Source of the DNA: an uncultured delta proteobacterium
Lineage (GTDB): Bacteria; Myxococcota_A; Polyangia; Polyangiales; B10-G4
DNA: 64,000 nucleotides
NCBI GenBank assembly: GCA_963727445.1
Contig: CAVSGI010000021.1
Coordinates: forward strand, 416,001-480,000
Reading direction: 5' to 3'
Shown here: positions 13,696-23,568 of the stretch, one piece after another
How positions within the stretch are numbered: position 1 is the first letter of the stretch
Layout of the letters: every line of letters begins with the position of its first letter
Notes under the pieces: model-generated
What the model was told of the DNA's origin: nothing
What the model saw: the letters and a program-made list of their open reading frames with translations, nothing else
Database searches by the model: none
Translations under genes and position numbers: made by a program

Positions 13696-14511
13696 TCAGG
13701 CGTTCGGCCCGCGGATGGGGCGGCCTTCGATGAGGCGCTTTCGGACCTCGAAGGCGACCCACTTCTCGAGGCGGCGCCACATGTCCCGGCTCATGCGGTG
13801 GTTCACGTCCTCGTAGGTCTCGAGCTGGATGTCGAAGCCCATGTCCGAGAGCTCCTGGGTGCAGAGCTCGGTTCGCTCCACAGGCAGGATCGGGTCGTCC
13901 TCTCCGTGCAGCGCGCGGATCGGGGGATAGTGCGTGTGCGGGCGCTGCCCCTTCGGCATCAGCGAGGGGGGCAGCCAACCGGCCAGGGGAAACGCCGCGC
14001 CCACCACCTCGGGGTGCTCCACCGCGAGGGCGAAGCTCAGCATTCCCCCCTGGGAGAAGCCCATGACGATGGGGGTGCCGAGGGTCGGGTGTCGGTTGAC
14101 CAGCATCTCGATGGCGTTGGCCAGATGGGCGCTCGTATGCTCGATGCCGTCGATCAGCTCGGGGCTCTCGCCGCGATGCGCGCTCACCGGAAGCCAGCTG
14201 AAGCCGTTGCCGAGGGTCTCGGGTGCGCGGGGGATGATCAGGCGGACGGGCTCCGTGAGACCCATGAAGGGACCGGTGGGCGTTCGCGGGCGGTCGCCGC
14301 GGCCGTGGAGGAAGATGAGCATCGGGAGCGGGGTGCTCGCGCGCTCGAAGCCCTCGGGCACCACCTCGAGGTAGTCGATCCCGAGCACCTGACCCTGCCG
14401 CACCACCACTCCGCCCTCTGGCGGATCCCACTCGCCAGGCGTGTAGGTCGCGGCACAGGAGCTCATCGCTGCCGCGGTCAGCGCCACCATGAACAGCAAG
14501 GTGCGGACCAC
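13696..14511 (-). CDS. Phospholipase/carboxylesterase (alpha/beta hydrolase), probably lipoprotein
   Basis: FLHGRG, GFSQGG, HGEDD and H motifs; start uncertain (14490-14556). Confidence 0.88.
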   Translation of the reverse strand: MVRTLLFMVALTAAAMSSCAATYTPGEWDPPEGGVVVRQGQVLGIDYLEVVPEGFERASTPLPMLIFLHGRGDRPRTPTGPFMGLTEPVRLIIPRAPETLGNGFSWLPVSAHRGESPELIDGIEHTSAHLANAIEMLVNRHPTLGTPIVMGFSQGGMLSFALAVEHPEVVGAAFPLAGWLPPSLMPKGQRPHTHYPPIRALHGEDDPILPVERTELCTQELSDMGFDIQLETYEDVNHRMSRDMWRRLEKWVAFEVRKRLIEGRPIRGPNA

Positions 14512-14669
14512 GAGACAATTACAGGCAAGGCGCGTTCCAGATTCCGCTGCGGCCAAAAAGCGCCAGGATCAGCGTCCGGTGTGAGCGTCCGTCGGCGCAG
14601 GCCCGGACATTTTCGTCACACCCCGGCGCGATCCGTGCGCTCGTGACACAGAGGGCCGTGGCCCGAGCC

Positions 14670-16211
14670 TCATGGGATCGGTTGCGGGGGCGGCGCCGCA
14701 CGAAGGTCGAATCTTCGGTGCTCCCCTGGACGGATGATGATCCGTTTCCGCTGGCGATGGCCATCCGGCCATCGTCCCTCGAGCCAATGCTCCCCGGCAG
14801 GGATCGAAATGCTCTGAGGCGTGCTCCCCAGCTCTCGGCCGTCGAGGGAGATGAGCACGCGCTCGGGACTGCGGATGATCAGTCTGCCGGGGAGGTGCCG
14901 TGAGCCGGGGTGGGGTTGGGTGGCCCGCCTGGCCGTGCGCGGCGCCGCGCTGGTCTCCGCGCCCGTGTCAGCCGTCACGTTGGCGTCGGTCACTGCGTCC
15001 GCGTCCGCCCCGCCCGCGTCCTGAGCCACGGTGTTCGTCGCCGGCATCATGGGTTCGGTGGCTCCGGGCATCGGCGCTGGGGGCTTCGCCTGCGCTCCGA
15101 TCCTCGCGATCGCCGTCGGGTCGGCTTTCTCATCACGCTCGACGATGATCCAGGCGACCACGCCGATGGCCGCGACGAGGAAGAGCGAGGCGGCCGCGAG
15201 GGTCGCGACGAGCGCACCCTTCTTCCGTGGCGCGGCCGCAGGCGCATTCGTCGCCGCCGCCGTGTCGACCGCGCGGACGGGGGATGGCGCGGGCGCAGCT
15301 TCCTGAGTCCGGGGGACCACCGTCTCGGCGAAAGCCGTCGGTCCATGCGTGCTCTTCTTCGCGCTGGCGAAGGCGGCGTCGAGGCCCTCGAGGAGGACGC
15401 CGGCCGACTCCGGCCTGCCCTCCGGCTCGAGGCTGAGGCATCGATGGATCCAGTCGCAGACCTCGGGCGGCACGTCGGGGGCGAGCTCGGCGAGGGGGCG
15501 CGGCGGCGACGAGAACATCTGCGAGATGAGATCCCCCAAGGTGTTCGCGAGCCACGGCGTCCCGCCCGAGAGGCAGTGATAGAGCGTCACCCCCATCCCG
15601 TAGATGTCGGCGCGATGGTCGATCGTGGAATCGGCGCGTGCCTGTTCCGGAGGGAGATAGAGCGGCGTGCCGAGGATGCTGCCGGTCTGGGTCAGCCGAT
15701 CGAAGGCCGGGTCGTTCAGGTGCTTGGCGATGCCGAAGTCGAGGAGCTTTGGCGTGACGACCCCATTGGGCCGCCTCGCGAGGAAGATGTTCGGAGGCTT
15801 GATGTCGCGATGGATGACACCGACGCGGTGCGCGGCGTCGAGGGCCGAGAGCACCGGGCGCGCGATGCGGAGGGTCTCTTGCAGTGAGAGGCGCCCTTCG
15901 CGCGCGAGCCGCTGTTCGAGGTCTTCTCCTTCGAGGAGCTCCATCGCCATGAACGGCGCGCCATCGTGCACGTCCGCATCGAAGATGATGACGATCGCCG
16001 GGTGGTCGATCTTGGTCGAAGCCACCGCTTCGCGGAAGAAGCGCTCCACGGCGTCGGCGTCGACGACGAAGCGCTCCGCCATCACCTTGAGCGCGACCGA
16101 CTTGCGGAGGATCTGATGGGTCGCGACGTAGACCCGCCCCATTCCGCCCTCGCCGAGCAGACGATCGATCCGGTACTTGCCGGCGACCATGTCTCCGGGT
16201 GCGAGGGCCAT
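14670..16211 (-). CDS. Transmembrane Ser/Thr kinase with C-terminal PEGA domain
   Basis: GEGGMG, VALK, HRDIKPPN, DFG; TM helix; IRSPERVLISLDGRELGSTP. Confidence 0.92.
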   Translation of the reverse strand: MALAPGDMVAGKYRIDRLLGEGGMGRVYVATHQILRKSVALKVMAERFVVDADAVERFFREAVASTKIDHPAIVIIFDADVHDGAPFMAMELLEGEDLEQRLAREGRLSLQETLRIARPVLSALDAAHRVGVIHRDIKPPNIFLARRPNGVVTPKLLDFGIAKHLNDPAFDRLTQTGSILGTPLYLPPEQARADSTIDHRADIYGMGVTLYHCLSGGTPWLANTLGDLISQMFSSPPRPLAELAPDVPPEVCDWIHRCLSLEPEGRPESAGVLLEGLDAAFASAKKSTHGPTAFAETVVPRTQEAAPAPSPVRAVDTAAATNAPAAAPRKKGALVATLAAASLFLVAAIGVVAWIIVERDEKADPTAIARIGAQAKPPAPMPGATEPMMPATNTVAQDAGGADADAVTDANVTADTGAETSAAPRTARRATQPHPGSRHLPGRLIIRSPERVLISLDGRELGSTPQSISIPAGEHWLEGRWPDGHRQRKRIIIRPGEHRRFDLRAAPPPQPIP

Positions 16212-16434
16212 GACGCCAGCGTACCGCAGCGAGCGGCTGACGATCATGCGCGCGCCTTCGCTCCCCGCGCGCCGTGATGGAGAAGTCGAAGTCGAGCTCG
16301 AGGAGCCTGAGCAGGCGCGACTCGAGGTCTGGCACTCGTGCTTTCAGCATGACGCGTCCGACCGTTCGATTCATCGAGCCGGGTCAGGTGTGTTCCGACA
16401 CATCCATCCGCCGGGCGCGTGCGATCATCGCCGC

Positions 16435-16977
16435 GTGCCTCTTCGCGATCAGGCCGGCGGGACGCCCACGCTCCTCGACTATGGTCCCTTCCCGCGACCC
16501 TGGAAGAGCGGCTGGGTCGCCGCGGTGGCCCTCGCCGCCGCTTTTCCGCTCTCGTGGGCTGTGTCCCAGATCGAGAACGCGCGCGTGGGCGGGACGGCCA
16601 ACGGCGTGATCATCACGCTCCTCTGCCTGGTATTCGCGGCCTTCAGTCTCCAAGAGGTGTTTCGGAATCCGACGCGCATCGAGATCCGGGTCGAAGGGAC
16701 GCGAGCGCTCCTCCGCCCGCACTGGGGCCCACTCTCGGTGGGCGCGCGGGCGCTCGACTTCTCCGAGGTCGTCGGCGTCGAGCTTCGACGGACGCGGATC
16801 TCTCCGCGATTCGCGCCGAGACCTCCCGTCGTCGGCGCGGCGATCGTGGTGCAGAACGAGGATGGCTCCGAGCAGGAGGTGTGGAAGCATCCCCTCCCGG
16901 GTGAGGGCGTTCACGCGCCGATCGCCGAGGCGCTCGCGCAGCACCTCGGATGTTCGCTACAGCGGAGCGACAGCTAG
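16435..16977 (+). CDS. Hypothetical 2-TM membrane protein
   Basis: Two hydrophobic helices then a PH-like soluble part; GTG start uncertain. Confidence 0.5.
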   Translation: MPLRDQAGGTPTLLDYGPFPRPWKSGWVAAVALAAAFPLSWAVSQIENARVGGTANGVIITLLCLVFAAFSLQEVFRNPTRIEIRVEGTRALLRPHWGPLSVGARALDFSEVVGVELRRTRISPRFAPRPPVVGAAIVVQNEDGSEQEVWKHPLPGEGVHAPIAEALAQHLGCSLQRSDS

Positions 16978-17105
16978 GGCCCAACGTCCTACACTGGACG
17001 GCGATGACGCTTGGCGCGATGGAGGCGCTGCCCGCCGCCAAGCATTTCGGGGCGAATGTGCGCGAAGGTCCCCAACCGACCCGGGAGCTGATGGGTGTGA
17101 AGCGG

Positions 17106-19148
17106 ATGAGGTGGTGGCTGGCGTGTGCGCTCTTGACCGCCTGTGGCGCTCAGGAGGAGCCCGAGGGTTTTCTTCCGCCGCTCCCCGACACCCAGAGCTG
17201 CACCTTCGAGGGCACGCCGCCAGGGTTCGTACCCGAAGGTGAGCTCGTTCCCTTCGCGAGCGTCGACGCCACCACGCCCGTCGTCGCGCTCCGCACCGCC
17301 ACCACGGACAGCGCCTGGGCCCTCACCCAGGCCGGGGTGGTCTACGAGATACGGCGCGGCGCCGAGAGCCGAGTGGTCCTCGACGCGTCCGCGCTCACCG
17401 AGCGCGCCTACGATTTCGCGCAGCTCGGGACCGAGCTCTTCGTGGCCTTCGAGCCGGTCGGGCGCGCGAGTGTCCTTCGCGTCGCCCGCTTCTCAGCGAG
17501 CGCGGACGCCTTCGACGTCACCTCGGCTCGCACCGTCCTCGAGCTCGACACGCCGGGCGGCGGCACCCTCGCGCCGACCCCCGATGGCCGACTCCTGGTG
17601 GGGGTCGGTGACGCCGACCTCGAAGGGACCGCGAGCGTCGCCATGGACCGCGTCGATCTCCGCGGCAAGATCCTCCGCCTCGACGTGTCCGACCCGGCCG
17701 CCGTCGGCGGCTACGCCATCCCGGCCGACAACCCCTTCGTCGACGGAAGCCCCTCCGCCGTCTTCGCCCTCGGCATCCGGTCTCCACGCGCGCTCACGGT
17801 GGAGGCGGGCACCGGGCGGATGACCTTCGTCGACCAGGGCCTCGCCGTCGACGAGATCGACGCGCTCCTACCCGGGCGGAACTACGGCTGGCCCCGCCTC
17901 GACGGGCGCACCTGTCACATCGCTCCCTCCGATTGCAGCCCCTTCGAGTACGAGGGGCCGGTGTTCCTTCGTGCCCGGCTCGTCGCCGACTGCCCCATGA
18001 CGGCCGGCGCCATCATCGCCGGCGAGGGCGCCTTCGCCGGAGGCCTGCTCTATGGCGACGCGTGCGGAACGGGGCTCGCGGGCTTCCTCCTCGGCGGCTA
18101 TCGGACCCAGGAGCAAGTCGTCGGCGAGCTCGATGCGCAGCTCAGGGCGATCGGCCGGGGCGGCGCGGGTGGCTCGCTCGTGGTGGATGCACGCGGCGAG
18201 GTCTTCGAGGTCCGGCCCATCCCCGACGCCGCGCCCTTTCCCACCATGCTCTCTCAGGCGGGGTGCTTCGCCGACCTGCCGGGCCTGGTTCCGGTCGACT
18301 CGGTGGTGCCGTATGCGCTGAACGCACCCCTTTGGACCGACAGCGCGGACAAGCATCGCTTCATCGCCCTGCCACCGGGGGAGACGATCGCGGTCGCCGC
18401 CGACGGGAGCCTCGACTTCCCGGTCGGGAGCGTGCTGCTCAAGGTCTTCGCCTACGGGGCGCCGGTGGAGACGCGCGTCCTCGTGCGTCGCACCGACGGC
18501 TGGGAAGCGCACAGCTATCGTTGGAACGAAGAAGCCACCGACGCCCATCTCCTCGACGCGAGCGAGGAGGTGATGGTGGAGGTCGACCTCCCAACCGGCC
18601 GCGCCACCGCCACCCACCTCTTTCCGGATCGCCAGGCGTGCGCGATCTGCCACGGCTTTCGTCCACAGAGTCCCCTCGGCCCACGCCTCGATCAGCTCAC
18701 ACGCCGCGTCCATCTCCCTTCGGGCGATGCCGATCAGCTCCGCGCCTTCACCGACATCGGACTCTTCGGCGCCAGCGCCCTGCCGGAGCTCCCGCCGATC
18801 GCCGATCCCCTCGACGAGTCACAGCCCCTCGAAGCACGCGCCCGGGCCTATCTCCACACCAATTGCGGTCACTGTCATCGGCCCGACGGATGGGTGCCGC
18901 CGGGCCTGACGATGGACCTTCGCTACGACACGCCGTTCAGCGAGATGCAGGTGTGTAACGTTCCCGCCGACTTCGCCCCGCGTCCCATGGACCGCCTCGA
19001 GCCTGGAGATCCGGACGCCTCGCGCATCTACGTGCGCATGACCGACGACGGCGTCGACCGGATGCCGCCCCTCGGCACCTCTCTCGTCGACGACGCCGGG
19101 AGCGACGTGGTGCGCGACTTCATCTCCAGCCTCACGGGCTGCGACTAG
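17106..19148 (+). CDS. Lipoprotein: GSDH (PQQ sugar dehydrogenase-like) propeller fused to an SO2930-type diheme cytochrome c
   Basis: Lipobox LTAC; GKILRLD, IPADNPF, NYGWP; PLWTDSADK, FPVGSVLLK; CAICH, CGHCH, RMPP. Confidence 0.85.
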   Translation: MRWWLACALLTACGAQEEPEGFLPPLPDTQSCTFEGTPPGFVPEGELVPFASVDATTPVVALRTATTDSAWALTQAGVVYEIRRGAESRVVLDASALTERAYDFAQLGTELFVAFEPVGRASVLRVARFSASADAFDVTSARTVLELDTPGGGTLAPTPDGRLLVGVGDADLEGTASVAMDRVDLRGKILRLDVSDPAAVGGYAIPADNPFVDGSPSAVFALGIRSPRALTVEAGTGRMTFVDQGLAVDEIDALLPGRNYGWPRLDGRTCHIAPSDCSPFEYEGPVFLRARLVADCPMTAGAIIAGEGAFAGGLLYGDACGTGLAGFLLGGYRTQEQVVGELDAQLRAIGRGGAGGSLVVDARGEVFEVRPIPDAAPFPTMLSQAGCFADLPGLVPVDSVVPYALNAPLWTDSADKHRFIALPPGETIAVAADGSLDFPVGSVLLKVFAYGAPVETRVLVRRTDGWEAHSYRWNEEATDAHLLDASEEVMVEVDLPTGRATATHLFPDRQACAICHGFRPQSPLGPRLDQLTRRVHLPSGDADQLRAFTDIGLFGASALPELPPIADPLDESQPLEARARAYLHTNCGHCHRPDGWVPPGLTMDLRYDTPFSEMQVCNVPADFAPRPMDRLEPGDPDASRIYVRMTDDGVDRMPPLGTSLVDDAGSDVVRDFISSLTGCD

Positions 19149-19236
19149 CGCCGGTCCAATGACGTGGAAGGGTTCTCGCTCGTTCGTCGGCCGCCTCGCG
19201 GCGTCGGGAAACCTCGAATGTGCGCTGCACGTCCTT
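19149..19236. repeat. Truncated, diverged copy of the hairpin element at 53713-53870
   Basis: Follows a CTAG stop; shares tggaa..ctcgctcgt, gcgtcggg and cctcgaatg-[hairpin]-gtcctt blocks in the same order. Confidence 0.6.
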
Positions 19237-19238
19237 GC

Positions 19239-20930
19239 TCACTCCGCGGCGGCGCGTGGAGGCAGGACGACCGGCGGGGTGTCGCTCCGCGCCTCGAAGA
19301 GCATCTGCTCCATGCGCGCCAGAAGCGGCCGGAGCGACTCGCGGTCGAGGGCGCTCACGGCGACGCCGTCCCGCACCTGGGCGATGGCGAGCGCGTGGCC
19401 GCGCTCGACGAGGTCGGCCTTGTTGCAGACGAGCAACCGTGGGGTGCGCTCGAGCCCGAGCTTCACCAGCAGCTCCTCGGTGGTCTCCATGTGCTCGTCG
19501 AAGGCCGCGTCGGAGACGTCGACGACGTGCAGGAGCAGATCGGCGTCCTGGGCCTCTTCGAAGGTGGCGCGGAAGGCGTCGAAGAGATCCTTCGGCAGAT
19601 CGCGGATGAAGCCCACCGTGTCGGTGATCACCACCTCGCGCTCCTCCGGGAAGCGGATGCGCCGCGAGCGCGTGTCGAGGGTCGCGAAGAGCTTGTCCTC
19701 CGCCAGCACCTCGCTGTCCGTGAGCGCGTTCAAGAGGGTGCTCTTGCCGGCGTTGGTGTAGCCGACCACGGCGACCACCGGCACGCCGCGGCGCGCTCGA
19801 CGCGCGCGGCGCTGCTTGCGCTGCTTGCCGAGCTTCTTGAGCTGCGACTTGAGGCGGGTGATGCGCTCGCGCGCGCGGCGTCGTCCGACCTCGAGCTTCG
19901 TCTCGCCGGGCCCGCGCCCGCCGATGCCGCCGGTCAGCCGGCTGAGAGCGCGTCGTCCTTGGCGCCGAGGCGCGGCAGCAGGTAGTGCATCTGGGCCAGC
20001 TCGACCTGGAGCTTGCCGTCCCGGCTCTCGGCGCGCTGGGCGAAGATGTCGAGGATCAGCTGCGTGCGGTCGATGACCTTGAGGTCGGTCATCGCGGCGA
20101 TGGCCGCGCGCCTGCGCGGGCGACAGGTTGCGGTCGAAGATCAGCACCTCGACGTCGAGCTGCATCGCGCGGATCACGACCTGCTCGAGCTTGCCGCTTG
20201 CCGAGCACGTACTTCGGGTCGACCTGGTCGCGTACCTGCAAGCACCGTGTCGGCGACCTCGACGCCGGCGGTGCGCGCGAGCTCGGCCAGCTCCCGGAGC
20301 GACTCCTCCGCCTCGAGCGGCGTGGCGCTTGTCGCAGACGTGGACCAGGATCGCGCGGCCGTCCTTGGCCTCGACTTGTCGGGTGCGCGCGACCCGCGCG
20401 AACTCCTCCTCGAGCGCGGTGACGATCGCTCGGGGGTCGACGTCGAGCCTTGTGGTAGGGCGATGGGGCCGTAGGTCTGATAGCGGCGCGCGGCGCTCGC
20501 CCTCGCGGCACCGGGACGTTGTGCCCGTAGTAGACGGTGAGCGGCTTGCCCTCGGGCGACAGGCAGATGGCCGCCACCATGTCGAGGCGCAGGCGCGTGA
20601 GGTCGACGAGATCGTCCCGGGTGAGCGGCTCGTCGTGGAGGTGGGTGTGGATCAGGCGCAGGCCGCGAAAGCGCCCTTCGGCGCCGCGGAGGCGGCCGAA
20701 GTCCGGCAGACATGAGCTTCGACGCGTCGCCGACCACGACCCAGTGGACGGTCCCGCTCGCGGTCGACGAGCACGCCGACCTGGCGGCCGGTGGCGAAGC
20801 TCGCGTCGACCAGGGACCGGGTCAGCTCCGGGGTCGTCAAGCGGTCGAAGGGGACGCGCCGTCGATAGAGGCGCTCGAGGGCTTTCGTCTCGGAAGGGCT
20901 GAGCCCGTTGGTGTTCCCGTAGATCTGCAA
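19239..20930 (-). CDS. hflX: GTPase HflX, long form (multiple frameshifts)
   Basis: IYGNTNGL...[53 protein letters not shown], spread over several frames. Confidence 0.93.
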
Positions 20931-21017
20931 ACTGTTCTCTGAGTGTAAGTCCGCAACTGGGGGCTGTCAGGACCCGGATTGCAGGAGCGCGGAACTATGA
21001 CCACGGCGCGGCGAGAT

Positions 21018-21791
21018 TCAAGCAGTGATGTCGAGGCTGATCGGGCAGTGGTCCGATCCCTGCACGTCGGGGTGGATACGAGCGTCCGAGACCCGAGCGG
21101 CGAGGGCGGGGCTCACCAGGGCGAGGTCCAGGCGCCATCCGATGTTTCGGGCGCGCACGCCGACGCGCTGGCTCCACCACGTGTAGTGGCCGCCCGCGGA
21201 GACGAACATCCGGAAGGAGTCGACGAAGCCCGAGTCGAGCCATCGCACGAGCTCGGCCCGCTCTTCCGGAAGGAAGCCGCTCGTCTTGTGGTTCTGCTTC
21301 GGTCGCGCGAGGTCGATCTCGTAGGGCGAGGTGTTGAAGTCGCCCATCACCACCACCTGTCGCCCGGCGCGAAGCTCCGGCGCGAGTCGCTCGTAGAGAC
21401 GCTGGTAGAAGCGCAGCTTGTAGGGGACGCGGCTGTGGTCGCGATTCGGGCCGCTGCCGTTCGGGAAGTAGACGTTGGCGATCAACACCCCGCCGAAGCG
21501 GGCGAGCTGCACTCGCCCTTCGTCGTCGAAGGCGGCGTCGCCGAGGCTGGTCTCGACCTCGTCGGGCGGCGTGCGCGAGAAGAGCCCGACGCCGCTGTAT
21601 CCCTTGCGCTTGGCGGGCGCGAAGAACGCGTGCCAGCCCCGCGGCTCGCGGAGGGATTCGGGCAGCTGATCGACGGTGGCACGCACCTCTTGGACACCGA
21701 CCACCTGGGCGCCCGCGTCCTCGAGCCAACTGAGGAAGCCCTTGCGGGTACAGGCCCTCAGGCCATTGACGTTCCAGGAGGCGATGCGCAC
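21018..21791 (-). CDS. xth: Exodeoxyribonuclease III
   Basis: ISWNVNG-like start, QE, GYSGVG, YFPNG, GDFN, WRLD, SDHCP. Confidence 0.95.
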   Translation of the reverse strand: MRIASWNVNGLRACTRKGFLSWLEDAGAQVVGVQEVRATVDQLPESLREPRGWHAFFAPAKRKGYSGVGLFSRTPPDEVETSLGDAAFDDEGRVQLARFGGVLIANVYFPNGSGPNRDHSRVPYKLRFYQRLYERLAPELRAGRQVVVMGDFNTSPYEIDLARPKQNHKTSGFLPEERAELVRWLDSGFVDSFRMFVSAGGHYTWWSQRVGVRARNIGWRLDLALVSPALAARVSDARIHPDVQGSDHCPISLDITA

Positions 21792-22038
21792 GGGCTCGAA
21801 GAGCGCGTTGTAGACCACGATCCGCATGGACGCATCATCGATGGCCCTCGAGGGCTCCAAGAGACAACTCCCTCGGGGCCCTCGCGCGCGGCAAATCCAC
21901 ATCCGTCATTTGTCGGCGGCCGCCGCCGGCGAACCTGAACACCAAAGGATCCCCAGCCGTTGGCGGCATACGTCATCTGGCGAATGGAGGGCGGGGGCCC
22001 CCGCGTGCAGGGTCTCGTGGCACTCGAAAGGAGCTCCC

Positions 22039-22500
22039 ATGTCACGCCTCACCCCCTTCGTCGCCTCCCTCGCCGCCGCCGCCTCTCTGGTCCTGGTCGG
22101 CGGGCTGGTGACCCACCTGAGCACGTCTCTGGGATCGGAACCTTCCCCGGCGGCGTCGCAGGGCGCGTCGACGGTGGGCTCGGAGCCCGCACCGGCCGCT
22201 TCTGCCGCGACCGACCAGGCCGAGAGCCGATCCCTCTTCGAGGCCCGCGAGCGCGAATACCGCGCGCGCCTCGAGGAGGCGAACCGGCGCTTGCGCGATC
22301 AGGGGGCGGCGCTCGACGAAGCGCGCCGGCGTCTCGGGGATCGCGGGGCGACCACCCCAGCGCGTTCCACCGGGCGGCGCATCGACGACGACGAGCACGA
22401 GGGCCGTCCCGCCTCCCGGCGACGGTGGTACGACGAAGACGATGACGCGCACGAGCACCGCTTGGCCTCCGTAGGACGCTGGGATCACGACGAGGATTGA
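22039..22500 (+). CDS. Membrane-anchored coiled-coil protein with Asp/Glu/His-rich tail
   Basis: AAGGAG RBS; N-terminal TM; tail DDDEHEG...DEDDDAHEH...DHDED. Confidence 0.65.
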   Translation: MSRLTPFVASLAAAASLVLVGGLVTHLSTSLGSEPSPAASQGASTVGSEPAPAASAATDQAESRSLFEAREREYRARLEEANRRLRDQGAALDEARRRLGDRGATTPARSTGRRIDDDEHEGRPASRRRWYDEDDDAHEHRLASVGRWDHDED

Positions 22501-22503
22501 GTC

Positions 22504-22779
22504 GTGAGCCGACAACGCAAGCGGGGTGCCGAGCCCGGCGTGGCTGCTGCCATGCTCCTCGCACTCGGAGCCGTCGCGACCCTGATTGGATGGGCCGCCC
22601 TCGCGAGTCACGCGACGCCTCTTCCCGCGGGCGGAGAGCCGCGAGGCCACGCCTTGTCCTCGGTTCCGCTCACCGCGCCGGAGATGGACGCCATTCCCGA
22701 GATCGTGACCGTCGACACCACCCTGCCTGTGCGCCGTCGCTGGCGGATGGACACCGTGACCAGGGCATCTTCGAGATGA
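22504..22779 (+). CDS. Small membrane-anchored protein ending DTVTRASSR
   Basis: Operon-tight ORF (stop overlaps the next ATG); single N-terminal hydrophobic helix. Confidence 0.55.
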   Translation: MSRQRKRGAEPGVAAAMLLALGAVATLIGWAALASHATPLPAGGEPRGHALSSVPLTAPEMDAIPEIVTVDTTLPVRRRWRMDTVTRASSR

Positions 22780-23414
22780 CCACGGTGCCTTCGCGACGCT
22801 CTCGCGAGATGCTGTTCGCAGGTGCGGCCGTAGGCGCCTTCGTGGCGATCGCGCTCACGCCGACCTGGGTCACCGCCATCGCCGGTAGCCTCGAGGGGAG
22901 CGCACCCAAAGCGTTCTGGTATCTGTCGCGTGCGAGCGGCCTCACCGCCTACGGGCTGATCTGGGTCTCGATGGTCTCGGGCCTACTCCAGAGCAACCGA
23001 CTCGTGTGTGGTGCCGCCGTCATGCAACTCCACCGGCATGCCGCGTGGACAGGCCTGGCCTTTGCGGCGTTCCATGCGCTCGTTCTCTTCGGCGACAGCC
23101 ACGTCGGGGGCGACGCGATGGCGCTCGTCGTGCCGTTCGGCATGACACGGCACGCCTCGGGGTGGGTCGGCCTCGGTCAGCTGTCGTTGTACGGGTCCTT
23201 GGCCCTCGCCCTGAGCTTCCGGCTGCGGTCTCGAATCGGCGGGCGCACGTGGCGCCTCCTTCACTACGCGAGCTTCACCGTGTTCGTGCTCGTGTTGGTG
23301 CACGGCGTTCAGGCGGGGACCGACGCTCGGCTCCCCTGGGTCGTCGCCTATTACGCGGCGACAGCCTCGGTCGTCGCGTCACTCACGGCGCTCCGGATCC
23401 TTCGGCGTCCATAG
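22776..23414 (+). CDS. Ferric reductase-like (MsrQ-like) heme-b membrane protein
   Basis: WYLSRASG, LHRH, FH, WRLLHY, LVHG...GTD; TM histidines. Confidence 0.8.
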   Translation: MTTVPSRRSREMLFAGAAVGAFVAIALTPTWVTAIAGSLEGSAPKAFWYLSRASGLTAYGLIWVSMVSGLLQSNRLVCGAAVMQLHRHAAWTGLAFAAFHALVLFGDSHVGGDAMALVVPFGMTRHASGWVGLGQLSLYGSLALALSFRLRSRIGGRTWRLLHYASFTVFVLVLVHGVQAGTDARLPWVVAYYAATASVVASLTALRILRRP

Positions 23415-23539
23415 CGTCGGCCGATGGCGACAACGCCCGAGCTCCGCACTGCAACGTCGAGGATGCAAAACGCTGGGGACCGGCGCGGACGATGTACGCG
23501 TCATCGGCCTTTGTCGGGCGGATCCTGCGAAAAACGCGG

Positions 23540-23555
23540 CGGCACGCGGACTGCA
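23540..23555 (+). promoter_or_regulatory. Putative sigma-54 promoter
   Basis: CGGCACGCGGACTGCA (GG-N10-GC), 13 nt before the ATG at 23569. Confidence 0.55.
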
Positions 23556-23568
23556 GTGTCGGTGGCTC

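Noticed and set aside
16248..16434. Small ORF between the kinase and the membrane protein
   Set aside because: No clear start, stop or motif support.
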